Counted from the stretch's first letter, positions 22,179 through 33,383 are shown. The stretch: DNA of 64,000 bases from Porphyridium purpureum (GCA_008690995.1 VRMN01000011.1:124001-188000); one strand, 5' to 3'. Made by a program: numbers and translations. Notes: generated by a model not told the origin, from the letters alone.

Positions 22179-23006
22179 ATGTGGTGGACTGGCTTCGGAG
22201 GTGCTGGGGAGGCGTCACTGGCATGGACATTTTTTGCGAAGCACCAAAGACAGTGTTCGAACGCTCCTCGAGCACGCGTGCATAGGTCGACGGCAACGAG
22301 TCGATGTCATGGTGTACAAATGCTTCGGGTCCGCAAGACTGTGCGGGAGGAGCAGGAGTTGGAGAGCGGGACGCGTGTCGGACGGCGACCAGGCAAGCGC
22401 TCTCTCCAGGGGCGATTTTTACCCAGCGGGAACAGCTTTGAGACCGAGATGGAGGGGCTCGATTCGATCGAAGGCAAGCAAACGCCGGGCGCGCCGGACG
22501 ATTTTGACGAGTACGGCGCCGTGGCCGACGGCATTCCTCAGGTGAACTCGTCAGAGTCAGACCAGGAGAAGAAGTGGAGCCGCAAATCCGAGGCGGCCAA
22601 GCGGCGCTGGGCCAACCCGGAATATCGGAGGAAGATTTTAGCCAAACGGCGCGCAAAAATGGCCGCAGCAAAACTGGCGGAGAAACCTGTTCGAACGCGC
22701 GGCGTACAGATTGGTGCCATGGATAGTGTCACACACAGTTCAGACGAGAAGGCCGCGGCCATCAACCGATATGCGCGCTCGCTCAAGCTGCGCTCCGAGC
22801 GTATGCAGCTCTACAAGCGTGACCAAATGACGTGGATGAACGAGCGCTTAGACGAAGGCGCGCCGCTTCGCCGCGCGTACGTGGACCCGGAGCTCAAGAA
22901 GAAACGGCGCGAGGAAAGAAGCCGGCTCGCAGAGGAGCGCCATCGCAGAATGCGCCTCCTAGCAGACAGCTCAGCGTCTGAATCGGAATGCGATGAACAG
23001 ACCTGA
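22179..23006 (+). CDS. Basic helical protein with a NUMOD3-like motif, probably organelle-targeted
   Basis: KSEAAKRRWANPEYRRKILAKRR; transit-peptide-like N-terminus. Confidence 0.6.
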   Translation: MWWTGFGGAGEASLAWTFFAKHQRQCSNAPRARVHRSTATSRCHGVQMLRVRKTVREEQELESGTRVGRRPGKRSLQGRFLPSGNSFETEMEGLDSIEGKQTPGAPDDFDEYGAVADGIPQVNSSESDQEKKWSRKSEAAKRRWANPEYRRKILAKRRAKMAAAKLAEKPVRTRGVQIGAMDSVTHSSDEKAAAINRYARSLKLRSERMQLYKRDQMTWMNERLDEGAPLRRAYVDPELKKKRREERSRLAEERHRRMRLLADSSASESECDEQT

Positions 23007-23240
23007 AGAAGGGCGACTTACTGCGGAAACACACTCTGCCGGTCCATTCTTCGTTTACCAGCTACGTTCCATTTAGCTATTGTGAATTGCTACACTGCGA
23101 CACGCGTAATCTCAAATACATGTGCCATCACTTGGCCAGACCCTGCAAGCCGCGAATTCACTCCACTCGCGCGCACCAGCCTCTGAGCCGACCAGCATGT
23201 GAATTTGCGGGAAAGAGGATGACCAAGTGTGAACCTCCTT

Positions 23241-24878
23241 CTACGCTGCGGTTTCATCGTTGTAGTCGCCCGCCATCATATCTCGCGGTTTGGGGCCCCC
23301 AGCCTCTTTGCTCATGACAATTTGGTCGATGCGGAGGATGGTTGTGACGGCATCTGTTGTGAGACGGATAGCCATGAGCTTTGCCGACAACAAATCATAC
23401 ACATTCTTCTCCGCAGCATTCATGATCCCTGCGTTCTCGACGTCCACGCCCATCTGAGCGTCTCCGTCTGCATGCACAGCTTGTAAAGTGTTCATTAGTT
23501 CTGTGGCATTGCCGCCAGAATTCTCCGCAAAGCAGCGAGGAATCTCCTCCAGCGCCGCTGCGTACTTTTTGATCGAATACTGGTCAAGGCTCGGCAGAGT
23601 TTCAGCGTATTTGTACAACAGTCGAGCGAGCTCCATTTCCGTTGCCCCGGCACCGCAAACGAGCCGCTGGTCGCGAGTTAAGTTCTTGTACACATTAACG
23701 GCGTCGTCGATTGCTCGCTCAACGTCGTCCAGCAGGTTTTCGGTGCTCGCGCGCACAATGATTGTGGCAATGCGAGAGCTCGACGAGTCCTGTCGAAAAA
23801 TCGTGCACTTGGTGGAACCGATCTCCTCGACGCCGACCGAGTCGCAAGCTCCAATCTCTTCCGGACTTGGAGGGACCAGCTTAGCTAGCACGACGGCTCC
23901 AGTGGTTCGCGCGATGCGGCGCAAATCAAATTTGCTGGGCACCCGGATCGCCATCATTTTGTATCTTTCAATAAAGTGAAGCGCCATATCGCCAAACTTG
24001 GGCCCGACGATCACATTCGCGCCCGTGTTCGCAATGTCTTTGATGCGCTTTTCGAGCGCGTCCTCTTCACTGCGGTTGTAGTTTGCAAACTCTTCCGCTG
24101 AGTTGAGCAGTACCGTGCCTTTGGTTTCTGTCTGCTCGGCGTCTACATCGCACGTGTACATGGCGATCTTCGCGTTCTTGAGGTGCTTGATGGTCCCCTC
24201 AACATCGTGGATGAGCACCGATCCCTTGACCACCGAACTCGTGTTCAAGCTCCCGCCGTGCACCTTGGCGACGCGCACATTTTCGACTGAGAACATGCTC
24301 TGGTTTTTGGGCAAGACGGACACGCACGCTTCGGCAACAAGTCCTGCTAGAAAGTCCTCCATTCCGAACAGTTTCGACGCGATCGCCGACCGCAGCGCCA
24401 CAGCCACTTGTTCGCGATCCGCCGGGTCTGTGACGCTCTTGATCGACATGGCCTCCAGCTCAGTCATGGCAAACGCTGCCGCGCGGCCGTACCCCTGAAT
24501 GATTTCAGCTGTGTGGAGTCCCATCTTGATCAGAAGCGCGGCGTTGCTCATGAGCTGCGCTCCAAACGTGATCACAAAGCCCGTGCCGTCGCCGACTTCG
24601 CGGTCCTGTGTCTCGGCAGCCATCACGAGCAGCTTGGCGGCTGGATGCACGACCTCGAGCTCGCGCACGATGGTCGCGGCGTCCGATGTCACGAACAGCT
24701 TTCCCAGACGGTTTGTGACCATCTTGTTCATCCCGTTCGGGCCAATCGACGTGCGCACGATCGCGCCCAGCTGCTTGCACGCGTCGATGTTGCGCATCAC
24801 CGCGTCATCCGCCGCAGTCACATGCTTCGTACCATCCTTCAGCAGAGCAGACAGGCCGCCCATCGGCGCGTACGACAT
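23241..24878 (-). CDS. CCT8: T-complex protein 1 subunit theta
   Basis: RTSIGPNGMNKM, VTSDAATIVRELEVVHPAAK, EVGDGT, ETKGTVL, SKFDLRR, DDVERAIDDAVN and DQIVMSKEAGGPK. Confidence 0.96.
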   Translation of the reverse strand: MSYAPMGGLSALLKDGTKHVTAADDAVMRNIDACKQLGAIVRTSIGPNGMNKMVTNRLGKLFVTSDAATIVRELEVVHPAAKLLVMAAETQDREVGDGTGFVITFGAQLMSNAALLIKMGLHTAEIIQGYGRAAAFAMTELEAMSIKSVTDPADREQVAVALRSAIASKLFGMEDFLAGLVAEACVSVLPKNQSMFSVENVRVAKVHGGSLNTSSVVKGSVLIHDVEGTIKHLKNAKIAMYTCDVDAEQTETKGTVLLNSAEEFANYNRSEEDALEKRIKDIANTGANVIVGPKFGDMALHFIERYKMMAIRVPSKFDLRRIARTTGAVVLAKLVPPSPEEIGACDSVGVEEIGSTKCTIFRQDSSSSRIATIIVRASTENLLDDVERAIDDAVNVYKNLTRDQRLVCGAGATEMELARLLYKYAETLPSLDQYSIKKYAAALEEIPRCFAENSGGNATELMNTLQAVHADGDAQMGVDVENAGIMNAAEKNVYDLLSAKLMAIRLTTDAVTTILRIDQIVMSKEAGGPKPRDMMAGDYNDETAA

Positions 24879-25128
24879 CCTGCCTTTGCTCCGTCCGCGC
24901 ACACCGCCGCTCTTCTCCCCTCTTCCCGCTCTGCCTGCCGTTCCTCCCCCTCACACTTCGCCCCGTCCACCCCCGCGCGAAAGTGCGTCGCTCTATTGAA
25001 ACACACCCGTTTTACTAGACTGCGCCACGCATCCGCCGTTGTCCTGTTTTTTTTCTAAGGGGCTGCTTGATCATGTAGCTGTACATACTGTACACCCGCT
25101 CTGAACTGTACAAAAGGTACACTGCGCA

Positions 25129-26064
25129 CTAGTCGGCCATTTCGCTGCACAGCTGGTCGAGGTCGGTGTTGCTGCGCACATGGCGGGCAAAGTCAATGCC
25201 TTCATCAGAAGTCGGGGGCTCGAACTGGAGAGCGAAGCGCCTCACAACCTCCTCGCTGTTTGGGTTGTTGGGAGGCAGCGTCGGGTGAGATTCGCGCGAC
25301 CGTACTCTTGCAATGCACTGCTCTAACGGCGTGGCGAGCACAATCGCTCCGACACGGCATCCGCGCGAGCGCGCGAGCCGGATCCATGGCCGCCGCTGGT
25401 CGACGTCAAAGTTGCATCGATCGATAACGCAGTTTTGGCCTTTCAGCAGCGCACGAATCAGCTCCACCTCGCAGCGGTACCGGTTGCCAAGCTCGTCCTG
25501 CGAAATGCGCTTCCACCCACGCGCCACAAGCATTTCCGCCATCGTCGACTTTCCGCTGCCGGGAATTCCCACCATTATTAGAACGCGAGGACGCTCGCCG
25601 TCCGGCTTGTCTGCATCACGCCGGCCCAATCGACGCAGGAACTCCTCTCCCTGCTCGCGCTTCCCGCTGTCGAGCGCATTGCGCAGTCGAACACCGTCTT
25701 CTCCCATGCGTGGGCGCATTTCTAAATAAGACAGTGTACGCCGCTGGCTTTCTATCAAGGGCACATTTGCTCGCCTTTCTCTCTGTCGATCATCTCTCAG
25801 GTTGTCATTCTGCCCCACTTTGCTATCGTACTCTGTCGGGTTTGTCCGCAGCGCGTCATCCTCAAGGTCAGAAAGCGGAAACGACTCGTCATCGTCAAAG
25901 TCTGAAAACTGCCGCGAGGCATCCACCCACGTCGGTCTCCGACATCTTGATTTTCGAATGGCGCGTCCAAAACGAAGTCTCCTATCTACCGGTTGCTGAT
26001 CTACGTTGCTACACTGACGGGAGACCCCTACCACCACGCCGGCAAACGCAACGCCGCGTTCCAT
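25129..26064 (-). CDS. P-loop kinase (AAA_33/PNK-like) with a transit-peptide-like N-terminus
   Basis: GIPGSGKST Walker A, RISQDELG, VIDRCN and R..HPTL. Confidence 0.8.
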   Translation of the reverse strand: MERGVAFAGVVVGVSRQCSNVDQQPVDRRLRFGRAIRKSRCRRPTWVDASRQFSDFDDDESFPLSDLEDDALRTNPTEYDSKVGQNDNLRDDRQRERRANVPLIESQRRTLSYLEMRPRMGEDGVRLRNALDSGKREQGEEFLRRLGRRDADKPDGERPRVLIMVGIPGSGKSTMAEMLVARGWKRISQDELGNRYRCEVELIRALLKGQNCVIDRCNFDVDQRRPWIRLARSRGCRVGAIVLATPLEQCIARVRSRESHPTLPPNNPNSEEVVRRFALQFEPPTSDEGIDFARHVRSNTDLDQLCSEMAD

Positions 26065-26251
26065 TCTTATCCGCTCTCTCCTGCGCAGTCGACCAAACTT
26101 CGTGTGCCAGCGCCGACGCGATCCCCTCTTTCTGCATCTCGCCGGTAACATTTATGCTCGACGGCGACGAGAGCCAAGCCGAAAGAAGACACGACACGGA
26201 CGGCTAGAACGTGTTGTTCCGACCACTGACGGTTAAAGTGTCGACGTGCAG

Positions 26252-27472
26252 ATGGCGACGAAGAGCCTGGCCTCGTTTTTGGGCGCGCAAGTGCGCCTGG
26301 CGATAGACTGCTTTGGCACAGGAGGACCTGGCGTGGACGGCGCCGCACGCGCATTTCCGACAAGTGCGCAGAATGAGCCGCAGAAGAAGTGGATCGCGCG
26401 AGCTTGCGAGCTGCCGGCTCAAGCCTTATTTGAGGCAGTAGATACCGCGCTCGCAGACACTGAGGCACTGGTGCTTGACGAAGGGATAGACAAGCCGGGC
26501 TTGGCAGACGCCGTGGTGTATGGCGCGCTGTACCCGCTGATGAAGGCCGTGCCCTCTAGTGAAAAGCGCGCTCAATATCCAGACGTGTGGCGCTGGTTTG
26601 CCTTTGTCACGAGCTTCATGCCCGCAGATTTTGACGCAGCGCCTCGATTTGACTTTGATCGACTGGTCGCAGAAGTGGATGCCCTACAAGTGCTCGACAA
26701 GAAGCCTGCACCGTCAGAACAGAATGGCACCATAAGGAGCTTGCCTGTGTCCGAACCAAACGCCAGCAGTGCTTCCAATCCTGAGCATGGTGGTGGCTCT
26801 GGCTCAGCCCGTCATAGTGCACCTGCAGACCCAGCGGATGACGAGGCGAAGAGGGAAGCGGCGAGGTTAAAGAAAGAAGCCAAGAAGGCGGCCAAGGCAG
26901 CGGAAAAGGAGGCTAAGAAGGCCGCGGAACCAGCAGCTGAATCGAAAAAAGATGAGGGAACGCAGCCTTGGCGAGTGGATATTCGAGTCGGGGAGATCAT
27001 CAAGGCCGAAAAGCACCCCGATGCAGAGAAGCTGTACGTCGAGCAGATTTTGGTGGGTGATGACAGCGGGGAGCCGCGCACGATCTGCTCTGGCCTGGTG
27101 CCGTACATTCCAGACCCCAAGGATCTGCTGGGCCTTTGCTGCGTGGTTTGCAACTTGAAACCGGCCAATATGGTCGGCATCAAGTCGGACGGGATGGTGC
27201 TGGCTGCGACCAGCCCAGACGGAACTGTTGTTCGACTGGTGAAGCCACCCGCAGGCTCCATGGTTGGTGAGCGCATCCGATATGAAGACGTAGAAATGGG
27301 CGAAGGTGACGGACCAGATTCCGTCCTGGCGCCAAAGAAGAAGATCTTCGAGAAGGTTAGCGCCGATTTTCGAACCTCAGAGTCTGGTGAGGCGCTGTGG
27401 TGCGATAAGGCGTGGCTGACGAGCGCTGGGCGCTGTGTCGCGGAAGGCATTTCTGGGGGCTCCATTCGATAA
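26252..27472 (+). CDS. Arc1p/AIMP1-like aminoacyl-tRNA synthetase cofactor
   Basis: GST-C-like N-terminus (LADAVVYGALYP..YPDVWRWF), Lys/Ala linker, EMAP-II OB fold (DIRVG, KHPDAEKLY, PRTICSGL, CNLKP, SDGMVLAA). Confidence 0.9.
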   Translation: MATKSLASFLGAQVRLAIDCFGTGGPGVDGAARAFPTSAQNEPQKKWIARACELPAQALFEAVDTALADTEALVLDEGIDKPGLADAVVYGALYPLMKAVPSSEKRAQYPDVWRWFAFVTSFMPADFDAAPRFDFDRLVAEVDALQVLDKKPAPSEQNGTIRSLPVSEPNASSASNPEHGGGSGSARHSAPADPADDEAKREAARLKKEAKKAAKAAEKEAKKAAEPAAESKKDEGTQPWRVDIRVGEIIKAEKHPDAEKLYVEQILVGDDSGEPRTICSGLVPYIPDPKDLLGLCCVVCNLKPANMVGIKSDGMVLAATSPDGTVVRLVKPPAGSMVGERIRYEDVEMGEGDGPDSVLAPKKKIFEKVSADFRTSESGEALWCDKAWLTSAGRCVAEGISGGSIR

Positions 27473-29298
27473 GCTGCCACATCCCCCAATCATTCCAGTG
27501 AGCGCCACATCATTCGTCAACCTGCGGCCCCGACCAGCATCTCATTATTCATGTAGCACGCGCGTCAACACAAAAGAAATGAGGGAAAGGTCCAGTTATC
27601 CCCTTTTTTTAAGATTAGGAATCGCTTGAATTCTTCTTCTGCCCACTCATCGGTCCGAAACGGTAGACCGAAACTCCTCTTCTCTGGACATGGATGCGTG
27701 GGCGGGCACCTTGAGTCTCCTCCACCAAACCACTTTTTCGTCACACCAAGAATTATCCATTTTATCATGTGTGTTCAAAGTTTGCTTCACCACATCACCG
27801 GCTCTGCGTCTTTTCCATAGACGCATTTCAAGCCATGCTTCAAAGTGCATACTTCGCAGATGTGCTCGAGCTTCTGATGGATCACGACTAAGCGTTGTTC
27901 TTGCTCTGCAATCCACGTTTCACCCACTCGCTCGCAAGAATGCACCATGGAGCCCTTCTTTCCGTATTGGCATGCGCGTCGCCAAGGCTGGTCGCTGTCC
28001 GGTTACAACGGAAGCGCGCTCGGCGCCGCTTGGCTCGCGTCACTTTTCTTCCCTGCAATCCGAGAACAGTTGCTCTCCCCACTGAACGGCTAAGCAGACG
28101 AAGAGATATGGCTAATGCAAAACAGACAGTAGAAGCCCGGCTGGTGCCCGCCGTCTGGCGCGAACTGATGTGATCGAGACGAAAACACTTCAGCGAAAAT
28201 TCCTGGTTCTTCCTAAGGAAATAGCGTTGTTTTGGCTAGTTGCTCATACGTTGCAAGCTAAGAAAGCACGTTCGTCTCTGTGCACTTGCGTGTACAGAAG
28301 CTTGCGCTTTCCCCCTGAAAGTGACTATTCTGCTCTCACAGTCCATGTCCTTTCGTTCCGAAATAGCTTCATTCCGGCCGTGCCGCTCGATAAAAGTGCG
28401 CCATGCTGCGTTCTGAGGTCGGCTTCCGCGCCAGACGAAAACTTCACTGCGCCCTCGACATCTCCTCATCCTTCGCGCTCGCGATACTTGCCAGCCTGTG
28501 CCTCGAACGAGGCAACAACTCTCATATTTCTGGTATCCTGCGAATTTCATGGTCCCCAGCGCTCGCAGTGACTCCTCCTCATCCCCGCGATTTCATCTCG
28601 CCCCAACCAGCCTCGATCTTGGTGGCCGCCGTCCAACTCCATTATTTATGCCGTCCGTCATTTGTGTTCTCGCTCACGACCGGCAAACCTGCCGCATCTC
28701 CGCCAGACACTCAGCCGCGGCACGTTGGCCGACGGCGTATCTCAGACGCCTTTATGTCCTTGGCGGTCCGGTGACTGCAGTTCACAGCGACCGCTCCTTC
28801 GCAGCACAGGCGTGAACCACAGAGTCTCTTGCTCTTTCTGCGGCCCAGCTGCTAGTCTCCGGCTTCTCGCGGGAGTTCGAGTCACGACTCGCGTAGCAGT
28901 ACACAAACTGTACCCTACCTGTGTACAGCGTCTCACTGAACACCCCAAGTCTTCCTCCAAAGATCTCAAAACTGTCAGCCACTGTACGAGGCGGTACAGT
29001 TGAAACCGAAATAACCCCTGAAAGCGCAAACAGGCGCGCGCGCTCAGCCGCCTCGTTGGACATCGCGCTTCCGGGATAAACAAGGGGAGGGGGAATGCGC
29101 GCGCGTGGTGGTGTTGGACGCAGCGTGCGCGAATAACGAAAAGCGCGGAGGGCGGGCTGCGCGTGCGCGGACGAGCGACGCTGCTCGCACATACGCGTGG
29201 AAGCCCGCCGGATTGCGGTTTGGACGATCGGTGAAGAAGGACGGGCAGCGAGTTGGATTGGCTGACGGAGTGAAAAGCGTTGCACGCGCGCCATCGCC

Positions 29299-30465
29299 AT
29301 GTCGCGACATAATGCGGATATCTTTGCGGAGTTCCATGGCGTCGATCTGTCGGCTATTCAGTCGGGGTTTGAGCGTGACCAGCACGCCGTGGCGCAACAG
29401 CAACAGCACCAGCACCACGCGGCCGGCGCACACGCGCCGCATGATAGTTACGCCGCGCTGCCGCGAGGACTGTCACAATTGCTCAACACAGATCCAGCTA
29501 TGGAAGGCGCCACGGGCCTCCCGCGCGAGGAAAGTAATGTAGAAATGCTGCCTCGTGGCTTGTCACGGCTGCTGGAGAACTCCTTGCGCATTGACCCTGA
29601 GAATTATAATATGGCGCCTCGTGGACTCAGCAGATTGCTTCTGGATCCAGACTTGCTTAGTTTCAGTGCCGAGGACGCAGAAGCCATGGGGAACATGCCG
29701 GCAACTCCTTTACTTGCGTTTGAGCAGTCTGGAACGGCGGGGCATGGTCTTATGCTTCCTCCTCACCACGAAACGTACATGCGCTCGCAAAATGAAAGAA
29801 GAGTCGAATTCGCACCCATGGGCCCAGGTCTTGGGACGCCGTATCAAACCGCTGTGGTCGCAGCGGCCGCAGCGGCTGGTAGGAATGTAAGCGGGCCTCT
29901 AGAGTACATGAATGCGAAAGCGCAGCAGTCGCAACTGCGAGTCTCCTTGACCGAGTTGCCTCCTCAGCACCGGAATGCTCGCTCTGAACCGAATGCCATG
30001 TGGCCTTCTGGGGGAGGCGGGGGCGATGTGAATGCTCACAGTTACGAGCAGGATGACGTTGACGATGAGCGGCACGACGACGACGACGAAAATCTCGATG
30101 ATGACGATTATGACGATGGCTCGCATTCTGATCAGCACTCCGGCTCTCAGTACGGGGCGGGTTCGAGCAGAATGGGAGGTTCAGAACCTGGCGTTCAGAA
30201 GAAGACCAGCAGACGGCTTTCGCCAGAGGAGCGTAGGAGGCGCCGCGCGGAGAGTAATCGACTGAGCGCTGAGAGAAGCAGAGATCGAAGGAGAAGCCTG
30301 TTGATGGGGCTTGACCTCGGGATAAAGAAATTTCGGGAAGAGAACGTGGCCATCCAGACGAGGCTGCGAGAAATTGCACATGAACAGGCTTTGCTGCGTA
30401 ACATTATCGAAGGGTTTGGAACTGTTGAACAAAAACAGGCGGCGGCGCGCATCGTTTCCCGCTGA
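29299..30465 (+). CDS. bZIP transcription factor
   Basis: RRRRRAESNRLSAERSRDRR basic region followed by heptad repeats; acidic stretch; three PRGLS repeats. Confidence 0.88.
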   Translation: MSRHNADIFAEFHGVDLSAIQSGFERDQHAVAQQQQHQHHAAGAHAPHDSYAALPRGLSQLLNTDPAMEGATGLPREESNVEMLPRGLSRLLENSLRIDPENYNMAPRGLSRLLLDPDLLSFSAEDAEAMGNMPATPLLAFEQSGTAGHGLMLPPHHETYMRSQNERRVEFAPMGPGLGTPYQTAVVAAAAAAGRNVSGPLEYMNAKAQQSQLRVSLTELPPQHRNARSEPNAMWPSGGGGGDVNAHSYEQDDVDDERHDDDDENLDDDDYDDGSHSDQHSGSQYGAGSSRMGGSEPGVQKKTSRRLSPEERRRRRAESNRLSAERSRDRRRSLLMGLDLGIKKFREENVAIQTRLREIAHEQALLRNIIEGFGTVEQKQAAARIVSR

Positions 30466-30895
30466 AACTGCACGGAAAGGAGACGCAGTACGTGAACAAC
30501 ACGATCCTAGAGGGAATGCCTTTGTGCGCCGCGGATGATTGGAAAGAAAGAAAACGTAGTTTCTGTTTGCCTTGTGCCATGTGTATAAATTGGGTCACAA
30601 GCATGGGAGAAAATTTTTGGAATGCGCCGCTCAGCGTTTTGTAATGTTTGTAGCATGTCTTGAGACTTTAAAGCGAAGTTTGTTCTCATCTTGCCAGTTC
30701 GCGTGCCTTTGTGGCCGCCCTTTCTAAAGATTTAATATGCCGGCCCAGATGCGCCTTCAGCATCCTGCGGACATGTGCTGTCGCTTGCCTCGTGCTCATG
30801 ACAAAATGAACTGCAAAGCACGAGGTTTGACGAAGGAATGTATTTGGTGAGCACGGAATGCTACCGACAAAATCTGCTCCTGATCGCCAGTTCCA

Positions 30896-31489
30896 TTACG
30901 AATACAGTTTCTTGGGGTCTATGGACACTGGAATAGATTCGTGGACTCCGTCGCTGCGGACCTCATTGAAGAAACACGACGTGCGTCCGGTGTGGCATGC
31001 CACGCCGAGCTGATCGACTTGGAGTAGCAGAGTGTCGGCATCACAGTCAAACGCAAAGCCGGTCAGCATTTGCACTTGGCCGGACGACTCACCCTTTCTC
31101 CACAGCGCCTTGCGGGAGCGCGAGTAGTAACACACACGTCCCGTGGTCAGCGTCTCTTCAACGGACGCCGCGTTCATCCACGCCATCATGAGCACCTGCT
31201 TGGTGTCATGCTGCTGTGCAATCGCAGCAATCAAGCCGTCCTCGTTCATCTTGAGCCTTTGCAGCACCCTCTGTGCATCCACACTTCTATGCTTCCACAA
31301 TGCATCATCGGCCGCACTGCACTGAACCAGCGCCCTCTGGGCCAGCCCATGCCGATTCGACACCAGCCTTCTCGGAAGCCTGCCACAGGCAGCCCACGTT
31401 TCGACCAACTGCGGGCGAGCTGTCATTCCATGGCGGGCAAATCCGTCGCAACCCACAAAAGCGCCGCGGTCCATCCGCCTACATACCAT
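30896..31489 (-). CDS. hisI: Phosphoribosyl-AMP cyclohydrolase (monofunctional), plastid-targeted
   Basis: GLIAAIAQ, VLMMAWMN, YYSRSR..LWRKGESSG, DCDADTLL and ACHTGRTSCF. Confidence 0.95.
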   Translation of the reverse strand: MVCRRMDRGAFVGCDGFARHGMTARPQLVETWAACGRLPRRLVSNRHGLAQRALVQCSAADDALWKHRSVDAQRVLQRLKMNEDGLIAAIAQQHDTKQVLMMAWMNAASVEETLTTGRVCYYSRSRKALWRKGESSGQVQMLTGFAFDCDADTLLLQVDQLGVACHTGRTSCFFNEVRSDGVHESIPVSIDPKKLYS

Positions 31490-32108
31490 AGTGCACGAGT
31501 GACCTCTATCGGAGTGCGCAGATCACGTTCGTCCTATCGCTCTTCCCTCTCCTTTCCTGTCTCACCCGTCCGACGAGGACGCCGGATCGCTAAAATCTTC
31601 ACGCACGGCAAACGAAATACGCATTGCACGAGAAGGGCTGAATTCGTTCGGATCATTTCAGCAAGGTGACGAGTCAGCGGGAACCACGCACGCAACGAGT
31701 TGCCGTGACAACTGCGTTGTGGAAGCTCGCAGTTCAATGGCAAGCGCGCTAATCAGAGATCAAGCAACAAGCACCTTCTATTTTGTACGCCGCTTTGCAA
31801 TGGACGACGTTGCGTGGAAGTGGAGCGGCTGATTTCGTTTGAGGCATTCCTGCGGCAACGCAAGTCTTCAGGAGCGCTGGCGATGGGAAGGAAAAAGCCA
31901 AAATCGGAACCAAGGGTAAGGACACTGATTTCAATCTGAGTCAGCTTGATGCATCTGGCTTGGGAGACTGGGAAAGCACTCCGATGGCTGATACTCGGGT
32001 ATAAAAGGTGGTGTCGGAAACTAGACACACTCAGAGATCGAAGAGCAAAGGTCGTTGTTCACATCTGTGCGGGGGCCAAAAGAGCCAAGAATAGGCAGGA
32101 GAAGCAAG

Positions 32109-32909
32109 ATGGTGAGGTCAACAATGCGCTCGGCGGCATTGGTGCTTGTGGTGGTGCTGTTGGGTACGGCCGCGTTGTGTGTTCGCGCTCAAGTCGGACC
32201 CGGACAACGTTCGGCCTGCTCGCAGCGAGAGATTCAGTGCTACGCTGGAACCGAAGACGACTGCTCCGAATACTCCTGCGTCGCATATGTTCCGCTCGAA
32301 ACAGATTCATTCGAGGTACCACCGGTAAATCCGACCGGCTCGTGCTCCGTCGATTCTGGGGATCTTGCCACGTGCAAAAGTCCGGACTGCACCGATCGTT
32401 TGTGCCCCATCGTGGCCATCGCCAACGATTGGGTAGTGAACCTGTTCTCACAATCCGTTGTTTCTGATACCTCGTGCGCGAATGTGTGTGCGCAGGCGGG
32501 CAAGGTGTGCAACCAAGAGGCCAGTGCAGTTCTCTCATCGCCGGCGATGATGATTTCGGTGCTTGCACAGAACTTCTCCCCTCTCTCTTGCGAAGATGTC
32601 GGAGGGAGCTTTGCCCCTGCGGAAGCAGCTGGTCTCTTCGAGGGGGGCTGCGCATTCATTGAAAACGCCGCCGCATATACCTGCGAGTCAGTGATTCCGA
32701 ACACAACTCCGTCCGAGTTTATATCCGTATGCTGCTGCGGGCCGAACTGTCCGCTGGAGGTCAATCCGGGACAGCGCATGGCGGAAGTCGCGGGAAGCCA
32801 AGAGGTTTCGGTCGCAGAAAACCGTCCGAGGTTCCCAAGAATGGGCATGCGGGAGTTTCTTTCGAAGCTGTCCGGTCGTGGGGCCAGGACGAGCTTCCCA
32901 GGACATTGA
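32109..32909 (+). CDS. Secreted cysteine-rich protein (paralog A)
   Basis: Signal peptide ending VRA-Q; Cys spacing shared with 58387..59142. Confidence 0.85.
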   Translation: MVRSTMRSAALVLVVVLLGTAALCVRAQVGPGQRSACSQREIQCYAGTEDDCSEYSCVAYVPLETDSFEVPPVNPTGSCSVDSGDLATCKSPDCTDRLCPIVAIANDWVVNLFSQSVVSDTSCANVCAQAGKVCNQEASAVLSSPAMMISVLAQNFSPLSCEDVGGSFAPAEAAGLFEGGCAFIENAAAYTCESVIPNTTPSEFISVCCCGPNCPLEVNPGQRMAEVAGSQEVSVAENRPRFPRMGMREFLSKLSGRGARTSFPGH

Positions 32910-33383
32910 GCGGTACTCACCTAGCCAGCTGCGTGTCTTTTGACATGTGCCGGGCCCAATTTTGAGCATTTAGCCCGCCTACCGTGCATCCCGTGCGTTT
33001 CGCATGTCATGGCCTGCCGGTCTCGATTGAGGCAATTAACTAAAAGTGCATGCCATGGATTCTCTTGCTTTCCGGTTTCCATATCCCTCTTCCTGACGTT
33101 GAGCCACACGCAGAGGATATTACGGGATGCGCTCGGAAAGTGCATCTGTATGCGCAGCTAGCGCTGTACTCCATGGATGCCGCACTTATTCTGTTACAAA
33201 GACGAGCCGTGCCTTGAGCAACCCCTAAAAGCGCCTCCCGCCAAGCAACTCATTCTGCACCCCGGACGCTGTTGTCACACGCGTCCCGTCTGCTCTCCTG
33301 CACGTCGCGGGCGCTCGCAACTGATCCCGATTTCTCCCGCGCCACTCTGCTTTCCTACGCTTGGACTGTGCCAACTGCTCTGG

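Noticed and set aside
27500..28600. Short minus-strand ORFs with protein-like patches
   Set aside because: Possibly a decayed gene, but no recognisable family or consistent frame
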